Of a stretch of DNA of 64,000 nucleotides, positions 1 to 12,149 are shown piece after piece. The stretch is taken from assembly GCF_009914755.1 (NCBI RefSeq), contig NC_060934.1; one strand, given 5' to 3'. The position numbers and the translations under genes were made by a program. The DNA is from the human T2T-CHM13v2.0 reference genome, Homo sapiens. The first letter of the stretch is position 1, and the number at the start of each line of letters is the position of its first letter. The notes under the pieces are model-generated. The model was given only the letters and a program-made list of their open reading frames with translations, was not told the DNA's origin and searched no databases.

Positions 1-674
1 AAACTAGACACACTCCCCTGCCCTGAGCCCCAGATGTCAATGGACATATTCCCACAATTTTCACATTCCCTCCCAATAAAGTAGGGCCATGAAAGATGAA
101 TTTTAGGATATCCACTTGGGGAGCTCGTATTTTGGGGCCAGACCTTCCTCCTTGCTGGGCTATCTCGGGCTTGGAGTGGGAGAAGCCAGGCAGGAGTCCT
201 GGAGAGTGACCGCACAAGTGAGCAAAGGCGGCATTCACCCAACTCTTGGGACAAGGCAGTCAGACCCCACCACCCATCCCCAATCCTATGGGCCCACGTC
301 ACTTTGGTTTCGCTTGTTTTTTTTTTTAGTAAACATCAGCTTTCCTCAGGTGTTCTTCTGCTTTATTATTCCCGTGTAGCCACAGCAACAGAACTAGCCC
401 CATGTCTCTCAATCAGGGAGGTCCCCAGCCAGCTTTGGAAAGACACCCATCAAAAAGAGTGAGCAAACCTAAAGAAGGGTTCAATAGGGAAGGTACCAGC
501 GGCCAGCTGCAGAGGGGCTCCATTCCCCTGACCCTCAGTCACTTCCCAGAAACCACACAGAGGAGCCCGGGTGTGCCAGAAACAGCCTTTCATAATACAA
601 GATGGACAGGAAAGAGGCCAAGGGCAGGCAGTTCCCAATCTCCACAAGGGCAAGAAGGTAGAGTCCATACTTCT

Positions 675-977
675 TTCTTGTCTTTTTCTTTTTTTGAAAC
701 AGGGTCTGGCTCCGTCATCCAGGCTGGAGCACAGTGGCACTATCTCAGCTCACTGCAACCTCCACCTCCTGGGCTCAAGCCATCTTCCCACCTCAACCCC
801 CTGAGTAGCTGAGGCTACAGATGCACACCACCATGCCCAGCTAATTTTTGTATTTTTTGTAGAGATGGGATTTCTCCATGCTGCCCAAGCTGGTTTCGAA
901 CTCCTGAGCTCAAGCAGTCAGCCCACCTCAGCCTCCCAAAGTGCTGGGATTACAGGCATGAGCCACTGTACCAGGCT
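675..977 (-). mobile_element. Alu (AluJ-like)
   Basis: Antisense Alu with T-tail; TSD GAGTCCA[T/C]ACTTCT at 661-674 and 978-991. Confidence 0.9.
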
Positions 978-2119
978 GAGTCCACACTTCTAAGCTTGCT
1001 GTTGCTCTCAGACTTGCAGAACAACCTATTAAACAGAAGTAGGTAAAAGTTGAGAAAGGGAAGTGGCCACCACAGAACCAGTTCTGCTGAGAACGAGGAC
1101 TCGAGTCAGGCTATGCTACCCTCCTTCCATGGCCATGGGAAAAAGGGGTGTGTGCTGTTGGTGTGAGAGATCTGGATCTTAACAGATCAGACTTAAACTA
1201 ATTTGCCCATGATGACCGTGTGGATTTGGAGGGACCTGGGAATCTCACAGACCTATGGGATGTCCCAGTGATATGTCCTGGGCTTCATACCAGCCCTGCC
1301 CTGCCTGACAAGTTGGATGAAAACTGATAAAGGACTTGTCATAGCTTCAGATGGCAAAACCAGGCCAGGCCAGAATGAAAAAGGAGAAGGAATTTAACAT
1401 GGGCAAATGCCAAGCTCTGCATTTAACTAACCAAGGCTGCTTGGCGTGAACAAAACTGAGACAGAGCAATGCATGGAGAAAAGGGTTGGGCATTTGTGGG
1501 CTACAAGCTTGGCATGACATGGATGCAAATGTCAATGGGTGCACCCCCAGATGCCTGTGACTCCCTCTGGTGGTTTCTGTGCACAACTTCCCCCAAAATA
1601 GGCCCTACGACTCCAGCAGAAACCTACCCTGGGGCTCCTAGAGCTTCCTAGCCTGCCTGCCAGAGAGCAGAAGTGCCTGGAGGCTACATCTTCACCCCTG
1701 GGTAGTCCTTACTCTGAGGTGGGACTGCATCCAGGGCTCCCCTTTAGGGTCTGACTTGGACTGAAATCACACCCTGCCTTGCCTTCTGTCCCTCCCTTAA
1801 CTTGCTCTCCCCTCCCTAATAACTCCAGCATCCTCATCTCAGCAGAAGCTTCTGGGGAACCCAGCCCAAGATGAGTGGTGAGGGCTAGGGTAGCCCTCCT
1901 CAATGCACTCTGGGAACTACATTTTCAGAAGCCCCAGCCAGAGGGCCAAGTCCCAGGCAGGGTGCAAAGCTGTGGGGCGAGGAACCTGGAAAGAGGCTCT
2001 GAACAAGGGACTTTTAAGGAAGTGGGATGTGGGCTGTGATCACAGCCAAGCTGGCAGGGTAAGAGGTGGCCCCTGAATGTGGCTATGAGAGGGGTGCCCA
2101 ACACTACCAGCCTGTGTGC

Positions 2120-2320
2120 TGAGCACTAACTCAGTGCCAGGCACTACTTGGGTTATTCTATTTAATCTCCACACCAAGCATGTGAAGGAGGCACCATTGT
2201 CATCCCCATCTTACAGATGAGGAAGATGATCAAGGCTTGTAACTTGCCCAAGATCACATGGCTATAGGTGTGGATCCTATATATCCAGATTCAAACTCCA
2301 GCTTTAGCCCACTAAGCTAC
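2120..2320. mobile_element. MIR
   Basis: MIR core ccccatcttacagatgaggaa...aacttgcccaagatcaca. Confidence 0.65.
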
Positions 2321-5300
2321 GGTGGCCAACCCCAGCCCAAAGTGTTGGGACCTGCGTGTAGAAGACCCCTTCAGCCCTTGTAAAGTTAGGATCTAGCATG
2401 TCTAAGGGGACAGAGACCCAATCCAGGTGACACAGGAGGTAAGATCACAGTGGAACAGGCCATCCCTGCTTTTCCACCACCACCAGCACTGTGACCTCAG
2501 ACCAGCTCTACTCTATGAGTTTCTTGTGACAGTGATGGCAGCCTGGGGCCAGACAAGGGATGCGTGTCTTGTGTCCTGGACACAAGACAGGCAGGCCCAG
2601 AGGGGACAAGCTATATGAAGAGAGGCTTCAGCTGTCGGGGGTCCTGAATGCCATGGAAGGAGAGCAGGTGGGCAGAAGCAGGGAGCCCCTGGAGCAGACA
2701 GAGGGGGGATTCCTGCTGAGGCAAGGGGCTCTAGGACTCCAGGGTTTATGCTCCAAAGAACAGAATTTACCAGGACAAAATAAACAAGACCAGTCAGGAC
2801 CGATGCCCCATCCCTGCTGGGGTCTGGCAAAGCTCTCACCTCCAAATTTGTATCTGTTTTGAATTCAAAGCCAAACAAACACATCAACAGTGAACTCCAA
2901 CACCTCCCAGAGCAGGGCCTGAAAGGGACCCAGAAAGTCTGGCCAGAAATCTAGAGTCCAAGGGGAGGAGATCTGTAAACTAAACCGCTGGCCATGCTCT
3001 GGGGCCCTAAACCACTGCAGGCATCAGGGCTGTTCCAGGAGAGGGCACAGCAAGGGGGGTTGGGAGGGGTCTCCAGTTCCAATCAGAAATGAGGCTGCAG
3101 TCACTTCAGGTAGACCTGTCAGCAGCAGCTGTGCAACTGGGCTAGGGAGACAAGGATCGTGGTTTAGCCAGGAGAATCATCTGGGGCCCCAGCCAAGACA
3201 CAGGTGTTGGATTCCAGCACCGCTCTGCAAATACTCATCTCAGTGACGATGAGGTGAGTGGGAGCTTGGCTGAGCCCAGCCCGGCCTGCCATCCTGGCAA
3301 GCCAGGGCAGCATGGAGGTAGCACAGAGTGGCACCCAGCCAGCGTGAATGCATAAGAATCTGCACGTGACACAGAAGAAAGTCTCTTCATGAAGTAGGTT
3401 TCACTGGTCCCAGCCAAACCCTGTGGCATGTGGCCCTTTCTGCACCTGCTGAACATGCCATTCACCTTGACCCAGGTAGTGGCCTCACCCTCCTCTTGCT
3501 CAAACTGGAAACCTCAGCATCCTGAAATGCCTCCTCCCCAAATCCATTGCACACATGTGTGCCTGTGTATGCGTGTGTGTGCACGTGTATGAACCCAGCC
3601 CCCAGCTGCCCACTCCATTGCCCCTAAACAGGCCCCTCCTTGGTGTCACCTGGCACATCTCCACTGGAAGCCAAATGGATATTTCTAAACTGAAATCTGG
3701 TCCCACCTCAGAACCCCTTCCACAGTTCCCTTAAAGTTCCTTTCCTCATTTACATCAGGATCTTCACAATGGGGACCCCTGGTCACCTCCCAACCCAACA
3801 AACGCTCCAAATGAGCCGCCACTGCAGAAACTCATTATGGCCCGGGCAGGACTGGCACATCCAAGTATCTGACCAGGCTGTTCCATCTGCCAGGCAGGTC
3901 CTGCCCTCTCTCCACCCACCTGTCTAACCCCTGCATCCTCAAGACCCTACTTAGCTATGGCCCTGTGTGAAAGGTCCCTCCCCATGTACCCACAGCCATT
4001 TGTTCTCTCTCATGTGGCCCTAACAGGCTGGGGTTCCTGGAGACTCCATGGGGAGCCAGGCATGAAGATGGCATATACCCATGTGTCACTCCCCAGAACG
4101 TGAGCTGCCTGCCCTGGCACCATACACAAAGGGACTGACAGCCCCAGAATCCCAAGGGGTGCACCTATGCATATGGGAAAGGCATGTTTACGGGTGAGAA
4201 TGGTCCATCGTTGGGCTTCAGGAGGCATCTGACCTGACGCACGCCTTTGTCACTTTGTCCTTGTGGCCTGTTGAAATGCCACTCCTGCTTTACAAATTCA
4301 CCAACTGTTGCATGAGTCATTTCCACCTCAATGAGTACCAGGTCCTTGAGGATGGGGAAAAGTAAGCCACCACTGTGGGGGTCCTGGGCTCCTAGGTGCA
4401 GAAGAGGCTCCAGAAACAGGCCAGGTCGTGGGCCATGACCCCACACTAGCCCTCTGGTCCCTCACACGGGTGGATTGGGGGGCTGTGTCACGGGATCTTA
4501 GGATCTTCAAGACAAAGACCCAGGACAAGAACACAAGCCCACTCCCATTCTTCACAGGCCTCGAGAAATCTTTGGGCAATGAAGTCAGACTGTGCCAAAC
4601 CCCCATGTTTCTGTCTCTCCAAGGCCCCTGGCCCCCACTGCCTAGCCTAGGTCAGGTCATGTGGGCAAGCGAGCCCCCACAGCCTCACAGCCCCTACCCC
4701 AGGGCCAGGGCAAACTCCTGCCCTGTCCCCCTCCATTCCTGCCCTCCCTCCTTCCACAAACTGCACCAGCTGGGGAGAAATCCTTCAGCCGACAGAATGA
4801 GGTGAAAATAGTGCAATTTTAGGCTTTGTAACTGAGATTAGGGCAGGTGGCCACCCATTCTCCCCTTCCTCAGGCCAGCCTCTGACACAATGACCCTGGA
4901 AGCCTGGCAGCCCTCCGTAATGGTCAGCATCCTCCCCTGCCATCCCCAACCCACACCATGAGCTCAGCCAGGGCAGGGGCAGCCTCTGTCTCATTCACCA
5001 CAGAATCCACAGAACCCAGCACAGAGTATGAGCTCAGTAAATTCTCCTCATACATGACTGCACTGACTGGACCAGGCACATGCTACAGGGCAACACCCCC
5101 GGCTCAGCCGGCCCTGGCTTTGGATCTCAGTCCCACCTCTTCAAGCTGTCCAGCGTGGGGCACATCGGCTACAGCCTTGCCAAATGAAGGCTTGCCAGGA
5201 TGAAGAGGTGAAGACAGGACAAGCACAGTATGTGGCACACAGGGGGCCTCTGATAACATCAGTCCCCTTCCCTAAAGACCTGGGCAGTCCCTGTCACTGG

Positions 5301-5714
5301 GGCCTCACATTTCATGTCGAGAATTCACTATTTCTCAGCACTGATTTCAAATAAAGCCACCAAGAGTCTGACGAGGCAACATGGCAGAGTTCTGAGGGTG
5401 GAGTGAACAAAAGGTCATTTTTTACAGAAAACTCAGGATCTCCCCTCTGCACAGTGCTAAAGCCCTGTCTCAAAGTTCAGAGCCCGGAAGGTGCAGAGAT
5501 GTGGCCCTTGGAAATCAAGCCCTTAAGAAAACAGCCCAGCTGTGTGGGGCCGGAAGCCCCAGGCTGCAGTCCTGTGGTCTGGAGGCAGCCGATATTCAGG
5601 TGAGAGATGTGCCCAGCTGCCGGTGGGTCCAGGGGGCACGGAGCCCCCACCGTCCCTGGCCCAGGTCTAGGACTAAGTCAGTGGGCCCAGGCCAGCTCCA
5701 AGGGCCACAGCTCC

Positions 5715-7091
5715 TCACTCGGGGGCCGCGCCGGAGCAGCCGCAGCAGCTGGGGCGCCGCAGGGACTGCATGACAGCCCGCAGCGGCCCCCTCCGGCCCT
5801 CCACAGACAGGCTGTCCTCGCTGGCGGGCGCCCGCTGCAGCTGCTCAAACTGCATCTCCAGGTGCTTCTGGATGGCCACACCGAGCACCTCCAGGTCCAC
5901 TGCAGCTCCGTACACCTCCCATGTCATGCCCTCAGCATCCCATCGCACATCCCGCACAGGGGACGGCGCCTCCTCCAGGCTGGACCCCAGAGTTACCTCT
6001 GGGAACACATGCAGGGCTGCAGGCGCTTCCAGGGACGGACTGGTGGCCAAAGCCTTGCAGGCCGCCACTGGGGCCGCCTGCACACCAGCATCCTGGGCTG
6101 ACAGCGGGGATGCCTCTGCAGGGGCCAAGTCATTGGCTGAGGTCATGGTCCACACATCTTTGGTCCTAGAGCCAGGCTCTGGGACTAACCCAGCGGGACC
6201 CCAAAGGTGGGCACAGCAATGGGAATGCCCAGGGAGCCCTCCAGACAACCTACAGTGGATCTTCACCCCATGCTGAGCCTGCAGCCCAGACTCGCTCACT
6301 GACGCCACTAGTTTGGGAAAGGCCAGGATCCCTGTGGCAGGTAGGGCATGGCAGCAGCCACCAGCCCCCACCTCCTTCATGCCACAGAGTAGAGAAGCTG
6401 GGGGCAGAGCATGGCAGGTGGTGGTAGCCAGCTGTTCAGCAGCTTTGGGCTCAGCCTGGGCACTGCTGCTGTGGGCAGTTGTGTCCCACAGGTCTAGTGG
6501 TGGCACTGACAACTGACTCGCCCCCAGCATCCAGGCTGAGTTAGAAGTCTCATCCTCAGGAGCCAGGTCCCTTTCCAGGCCTGCAGGGGCCTGGCCACCC
6601 TGGCCAGAAGTACCACCTGGCTGCAGCTGAGCCCTGTGGACAGGGCTGCTGCCAAGGGCTGAGCAGCTGAGACTGGCCTTCCGAGCACCACTGTGTCCCC
6701 GCATCTGGGTGCTACGGACCAGGTCTGAATGGCTCCTCTGCATAGCAGCAGCACTAGGGGCCCGCAGGCGACACAGGTCACCGCCGCCCATGGGGGACAC
6801 ATTGCCCACAGTGCTGCTCCACCAGTGGCCTCCAGCACTGGGTCGCGCCTTGGGGCCAGAGGCCCGTGCTGGCTTCATGCTCTCAGGCGGGTTCCCCTCT
6901 TCCTCCGGGGCCTGGGGTCTGGTGCTGGCCTCGCCCAGCTGAGCCTGCCACACGGTGCTGCTGGCAGTCTTGCGGACCTCTGGCCTCTGTTCCCGGCCTT
7001 CACCCAGCAGGCTGGAAGAGCTCTGGGACAGGGGCTGAAGGCGGGGGCTCAGGGGTGCCCAGGGACCCGGCTCGGGGCGGCTGGAGCTCAT
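5715..7091 (-). CDS. GPRIN2: G protein-regulated inducer of neurite outgrowth 2 (single coding exon, 458 aa)
   Basis: ATG at 7091 in context gcagccATGA. Recognised sequence [19 protein letters not shown]...; C-terminal GRIN_C motif [36 protein letters not shown] and terminal CCGC. A polypyrimidine acceptor (ctctcttctgcag, minus strand) places the exon start at 7097, 6 nt before the ATG. Confidence 0.97.
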   Translation of the reverse strand: MSSSRPEPGPWAPLSPRLQPLSQSSSSLLGEGREQRPEVRKTASSTVWQAQLGEASTRPQAPEEEGNPPESMKPARASGPKARPSAGGHWWSSTVGNVSPMGGGDLCRLRAPSAAAMQRSHSDLVRSTQMRGHSGARKASLSCSALGSSPVHRAQLQPGGTSGQGGQAPAGLERDLAPEDETSNSAWMLGASQLSVPPLDLWDTTAHSSSAQAEPKAAEQLATTTCHALPPASLLCGMKEVGAGGCCHALPATGILAFPKLVASVSESGLQAQHGVKIHCRLSGGLPGHSHCCAHLWGPAGLVPEPGSRTKDVWTMTSANDLAPAEASPLSAQDAGVQAAPVAACKALATSPSLEAPAALHVFPEVTLGSSLEEAPSPVRDVRWDAEGMTWEVYGAAVDLEVLGVAIQKHLEMQFEQLQRAPASEDSLSVEGRRGPLRAVMQSLRRPSCCGCSGAAPE

Positions 7092-8959
7092 GGCTGCCTG
7101 CAGAAGAGAGAAAGGGAGGGAGTGGAGTTGAGTTGGGTGGCAGCACCTAAGCCGATTCTACTATGAACTCCCACAGTGCTAGGTTCACCAGGGAGCCACC
7201 TTCAGTCCCAGCCTGCCTGACTGGTCAGAACCATATGCAAGGCAGTGAGTGACAAGACACCAGACACTTCAAATCAAGGTCATCTCACATTAGACACAAG
7301 GATGACACTGCAAATTATCTCATCATCCGTCTCAAGTAGTTAGAATCTGCCCTAGGGTGGGGTCCTGGAGGCCGCCACTCTATCAGCTCTCAACTCTTTA
7401 CTGGCTGGTTTGTGTGGGAGGGGAAGGGAGAGAGCCAAATCTGCTGGGGCTTTGGGGGTGAAACTGCAGCCCTAGGGGGTGGGGCTGTGGGATAACAGCT
7501 CTTGGTCAACCAGCACGGAAGCACTATGGCCTCTTAACGGGCACAGCTGGACAGGCCAATACTGGGCTACTTCCTCCTGGGACTGGCAGTATCCAACTCA
7601 CTGTGGACAGGGTCTCCTTGGTACAGAGTGGGAGCTCAGAGAAAGTTCACAGGACGAGGGAGCAATGACCAGAGGACACTGAGAATCACCCTGGGCTTCC
7701 ACAACCACCCCCATCCTCCTTGGCCTAGCCTTGCTGAGCTGGCATGTCTCTGGGGTTCCCTGACTCCTACCTCTAGCTCCAGGGGCAAGGAGAGGCCCCA
7801 TGCATCAGCTTTTTCCATGAGGGACTCATTCAGCATCTGGTCATTGATTCCACAGCATCTCCTGAGCCCCTACTGCGTGCCCAGCTGTAGGGCTAGGGAA
7901 CATGGGATTCATTCAGACCTTTCTGTACCCCTGGGGACGGTGCAGCAGTGAGATAAGATGCCCACCCAGTACCATCAATCAGACCTATCCTGCCTGACAT
8001 TTAATCCCCTCTTGCCCAGTGTACCTGCATCCTCATTGTCCCCCACCCTCTGTACCATCGCTGTCACTTCCCCCAGCCATAAAGACCACCCTGGACCTGG
8101 CAGCTGCAGCCTAGAGCCAGTTCTGGCTCTTTCCACTTCTGCATCTCTTCCTGGGGCCCCTTTCCCGACCCTCCAGCCAGGCAGCCTTCATCCCTGACTG
8201 AGCATTGGGCCTGCATGGAACAGTTTGGCCAACTGTCAGCCTCCCCACAGGCCTGAAGTTGGCAAAGCCTGGCCTGTGGCCTGCTCCCCTCTGGCTGTCC
8301 AACACCCAGCACTGACCTGATGTGTCGTCGGCACTCAGAGGATTATCTGCTATGTGCCTGACCAAGAGAACAAGCAAATACAAGAACACACCCACAGAGG
8401 AGGGCACTGAGTGCCAAAAATGGGGTCTGAGGGAGGGCACCGCCAAGGCAGGAGAGCTCACGGAGGGTGAGAGATGAGAAAAGGCTTCCTGGAGGACCAG
8501 CCACGTAAGTCAGGCCTGGAGTGAGAGAAGCAAGAAGGTGTTCAGGTGGAGAGCGGAGTGGGCAGGAGGAAAGAGGCCATGTGTCCAGAGCATATGAGGG
8601 GAGCAGTGGGGTCAAAGTGTCTGGGCCACCTCGGCCCTGGCCACAGCAGTGAATTAGGGAGATCACTCTGGGACTCCTTGCCAGGCAGGAGAGGTGGGAG
8701 AAACAGGGTGGGGACAGGAGGCAGCAGCTGCATTTGGGCAATCCCAGCCCTGCCCTCCCAGCCTAGGCTGATAAAGACTTCCAGGAAACAACCTCCCCGA
8801 CCAGGTGAGCAAGGCTACCCGAGAGGAAATTCGGGAAGGGCTGTGGGACTCGGTTTCTGTGTAATTACAAATGTCCTGGCAGCCCAGCACTCAGGAGATG
8901 GCTGGTGGCTGCTGAGCCACAGTGAGGATGATACTGGTGCTGTAGTCCCTGAGACTCCA

Positions 8960-9150
8960 GCTCTGCACAACTTCCTGCGATGATGGAAAGATTCTACCCT
9001 GTGCTGTCCAATAGGTAGGCACCAATGGCATGTGGGTACCAAGCACTCAGCAGGGGGCTACTGCAACTGAGACACTGAATGTTTAAGTTTTATTTGAATC
9101 TAACTGGCCACATGAGGCTAATGGCTACCGTACAGGACTGTGCAGCTCTG
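8960..9150. mobile_element. hAT-Charlie MITE (MER3-like)
   Basis: gatgatggaaa...tgtgctgtccaata...gccacatgaggctaatggctaccgta pattern. Confidence 0.55.
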
Positions 9151-9329
9151 AACACAGCCCCGGCCTGGTAAGGATGTCCCATCCCAGCTGCTTCACGGGG
9201 CTGAAGCCAGACTTGTCCCTGGGAGGATCAGGAAGAGGAGGAGTAGCCAAGAGAGAAATCTGACCCAGACCCTGCCCTCAATGAGCTCTAAGATGGACAT
9301 ACAAACAAAGGAGGGCAATAAAGCCCGTA

Positions 9330-9520
9330 ACAGCGATGATAATAACAGCTGCCAGGGCCTGATCACTCGCCAAGGGCCAGACACGTGCCACATCCTTTGC
9401 ATACATTGTCTCATATAACTGTGCAAGCAACCTCTTGAGACAGTCATTATCTCCATTCTACAGACAGGAGAATTCCATAAGCTCAGAGAGGCTCAGTGAC
9501 CCCCAAGGGCACACACCTGT
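9330..9520. mobile_element. MIR
   Basis: attatctccattctacaga...agctcagagagg core. Confidence 0.55.
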
Positions 9521-10939
9521 GGGGCAGCTGAGCTCCTCTCCCCTTCGAGCACTGAGCAGGCCTATGCCTCGCAGCTCTCACCCTTTTTACTGATCTGGCC
9601 TGGCCCTGCCAATCGTGCTCATGACATGCCATGGAACAAGTCACTGAGTGGATCTCCACCTGCCCAACATGCTTCTTAGCAGCTCCTGAGGCTGCAAGAA
9701 TGAGGAGGGCAGGAGGTGTTCCTCCTGACTGGGACAGCTGTGGTCACTGCCAGCCCCTGGCAGGGAGACAACCACTCAGTTGCAGGTCCAAGACCCCAGG
9801 GAGGCCCCATCTGGACATCCACACAGCCTCTGGCCAAACCCCACCACCCTCCCAGGGAGGGGGGCCATAAACAGCCAGGCCAGCAGCCTCTGGCCCCTGA
9901 GGAGACAGGTGGAATGAGGTCCTCAGACCCCCACCAAGACCCACTGAGAAGCCATGAGCAATGAGCATCCCACTGTGCCTGTCTCACCAGAGGGCTGCCC
10001 AGCACCCAGGGCTAGTCATCACCCAGAGACCCCCGTGTGGGCTATGTATCTATTGGTTCCCTTCCCCATTCCCCCTCCACAAGTGGCAGGTGACAAAACT
10101 GAGGCCTGGAGCAGCTCAGAAATGTCAAAGAACACACAGCTGAAAGTGGCTAATTCAGAACCCCAATGGATTGGCCTGGCTAACTACAACCTGGCCTTCC
10201 CAGCTCAGAAGGAAGGAAGGGCTCTGAGGGGAGTACTGGGGGAAAGAGGCTTCCACACTGCCTGTCACAGTGCTGTGGACTGGGCCAGAGGAGGGGCCTC
10301 CCAGGGAGCCAGGGGTGAGGAGGAAGGGGCAGGGCTCTGCTTCCAATGGGGGCTCTTCCCCTTCCTGTGCATGTACTCACAGGTGGACCCCTAACTTCTT
10401 TGAGCCTCAGTTTCTTCAATCTGCAAAACAGAAATAAATCCCCACCCTGCAGGGTTGTTGTGAAGACCAAATGTGACAGCATGTGCACTGTCTGCAATAG
10501 TGTTTGTTAACAATAATCTTCTCTTTCCCCTCCCATCAAGAGCAGCTTAAGTTCATGGTATAACAAGTATTAGTACTGGGGGCCAGAGAGGCCCTTTTCA
10601 GAAGCCATCAAGACACCCCAAAGGTTAGCCTCCTCTAGCTTCCCATCCTCGCTACCTTCATCCCATCCTAGGACCAGGTCACCATCAGTGTCCCCAGTCT
10701 CCCTATCACCAAACTAGGTTTCCCAGAGCCTATTTTAAATGTTAACCTAGGAGGCTACGCATGCATACAAGTCTAGAGTCTGCACTTTAAATGCCCAGAA
10801 TGGCACACCCACCCTGCCTTTATAACAACACAGAAGGTTCTGGTTTTGCCCTAAAGGGACCCTCGGAAGATCTTTTAGGACAAGATAAAGAACAGGCATA
10901 CAGAAGTATCCAAGACCTCTAGTATTCTTTGAACAATAC

Positions 10940-11050
10940 CTTAATGTTCTCTCTCCTGCCCCATTTGATGCCGAAGTTGCTATGGTTGTGGCCGATGTCC
11001 CGTGGCCAATGCCAGGCTGTCCTGCTGCCTCAGGTTCCACCTGTCAGCAA
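10940..11050 (-). other. GPRIN2: GPRIN2 5'-UTR exon (111 nt, non-coding)
   Basis: Minus-strand acceptor gatcttccag| ending at 11051 and donor TAAG|gtattg at 10939. Lies between the CpG island and the coding exon; consistent with the recalled 3-exon structure. Confidence 0.7.
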
Positions 11051-11294
11051 CTGGAAGATCAACCACCTATGTAGCAATCAACCAATGTCATTTTGAGTAA
11101 AAGCCCCCAGTTCTCAGACACTTCCAGACTAGCCCAAACATAGAGACCTTTGAGTCAACGTACAGAGTCCAGCTCCCGCCATGCTGCCACAGCAGAGGAG
11201 CCCAGGCCTTTGGGATATGCCCAGGGGACTACCAAGACCACCACAAGTGGGCTCCATCTCAGACGACACTGTGGCATCCATCTAAGTCCCCTCT

Positions 11295-11635
<341 letters not shown>

Positions 11636-12149
11636 TGATGACTTATGTGTTCGGCAAAACCAAAACAGGAAAAGCAAACCTATATGATCAGGCAGGAAAA
11701 CTGGTTCTATGTTAAAATATGGACCTTACCTCTCAAGGACCAGGCAGGAATGCACACAGCACAAACCCCCATTGCACAGTGGGGATACAGCTCCCTCCAG
11801 GATGTGGTTTAATCCACCCCAGAGTGAACGGGGCCTGATAGGAACACTCAGGGCCAACTCTGGGCAAAGCAGCAGGCAGCATTCCTAAAGGGAGGGTTTG
11901 GAGGAGACAAAACCTGCCCTTCACAATGAACGTGCCTTAAGGGCTACATGCCCCGGGTCACAAACTGTGCCAGGAAAGGGTTCTGGGGTAACTGTGGGGT
12001 CAGTGGCCCCATGGATGAGGCTCTGCTCACCAGGAAGAGGCCTAGGCGCCCAACAGCCCCTGAGCTTCCTCCCCTGGGGAGGATTTGCCCACAATCCCTG
12101 GGGGGCACCTAGGTGGAGAGGGTGCCCCGGCCTAGAAGCAGCCTAGGCG

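Noticed and set aside
317-367. Minus-strand AATAAA (362-367) as the GPRIN2 poly(A) site
   Set aside because: An adjacent genomic A-run could mimic a tail; the 3' end cannot be fixed from sequence and may lie elsewhere.
5501-7166. Several + strand ORFs overlapping GPRIN2
   Set aside because: Antisense shadows of a GC-rich coding exon; no independent coding signal.
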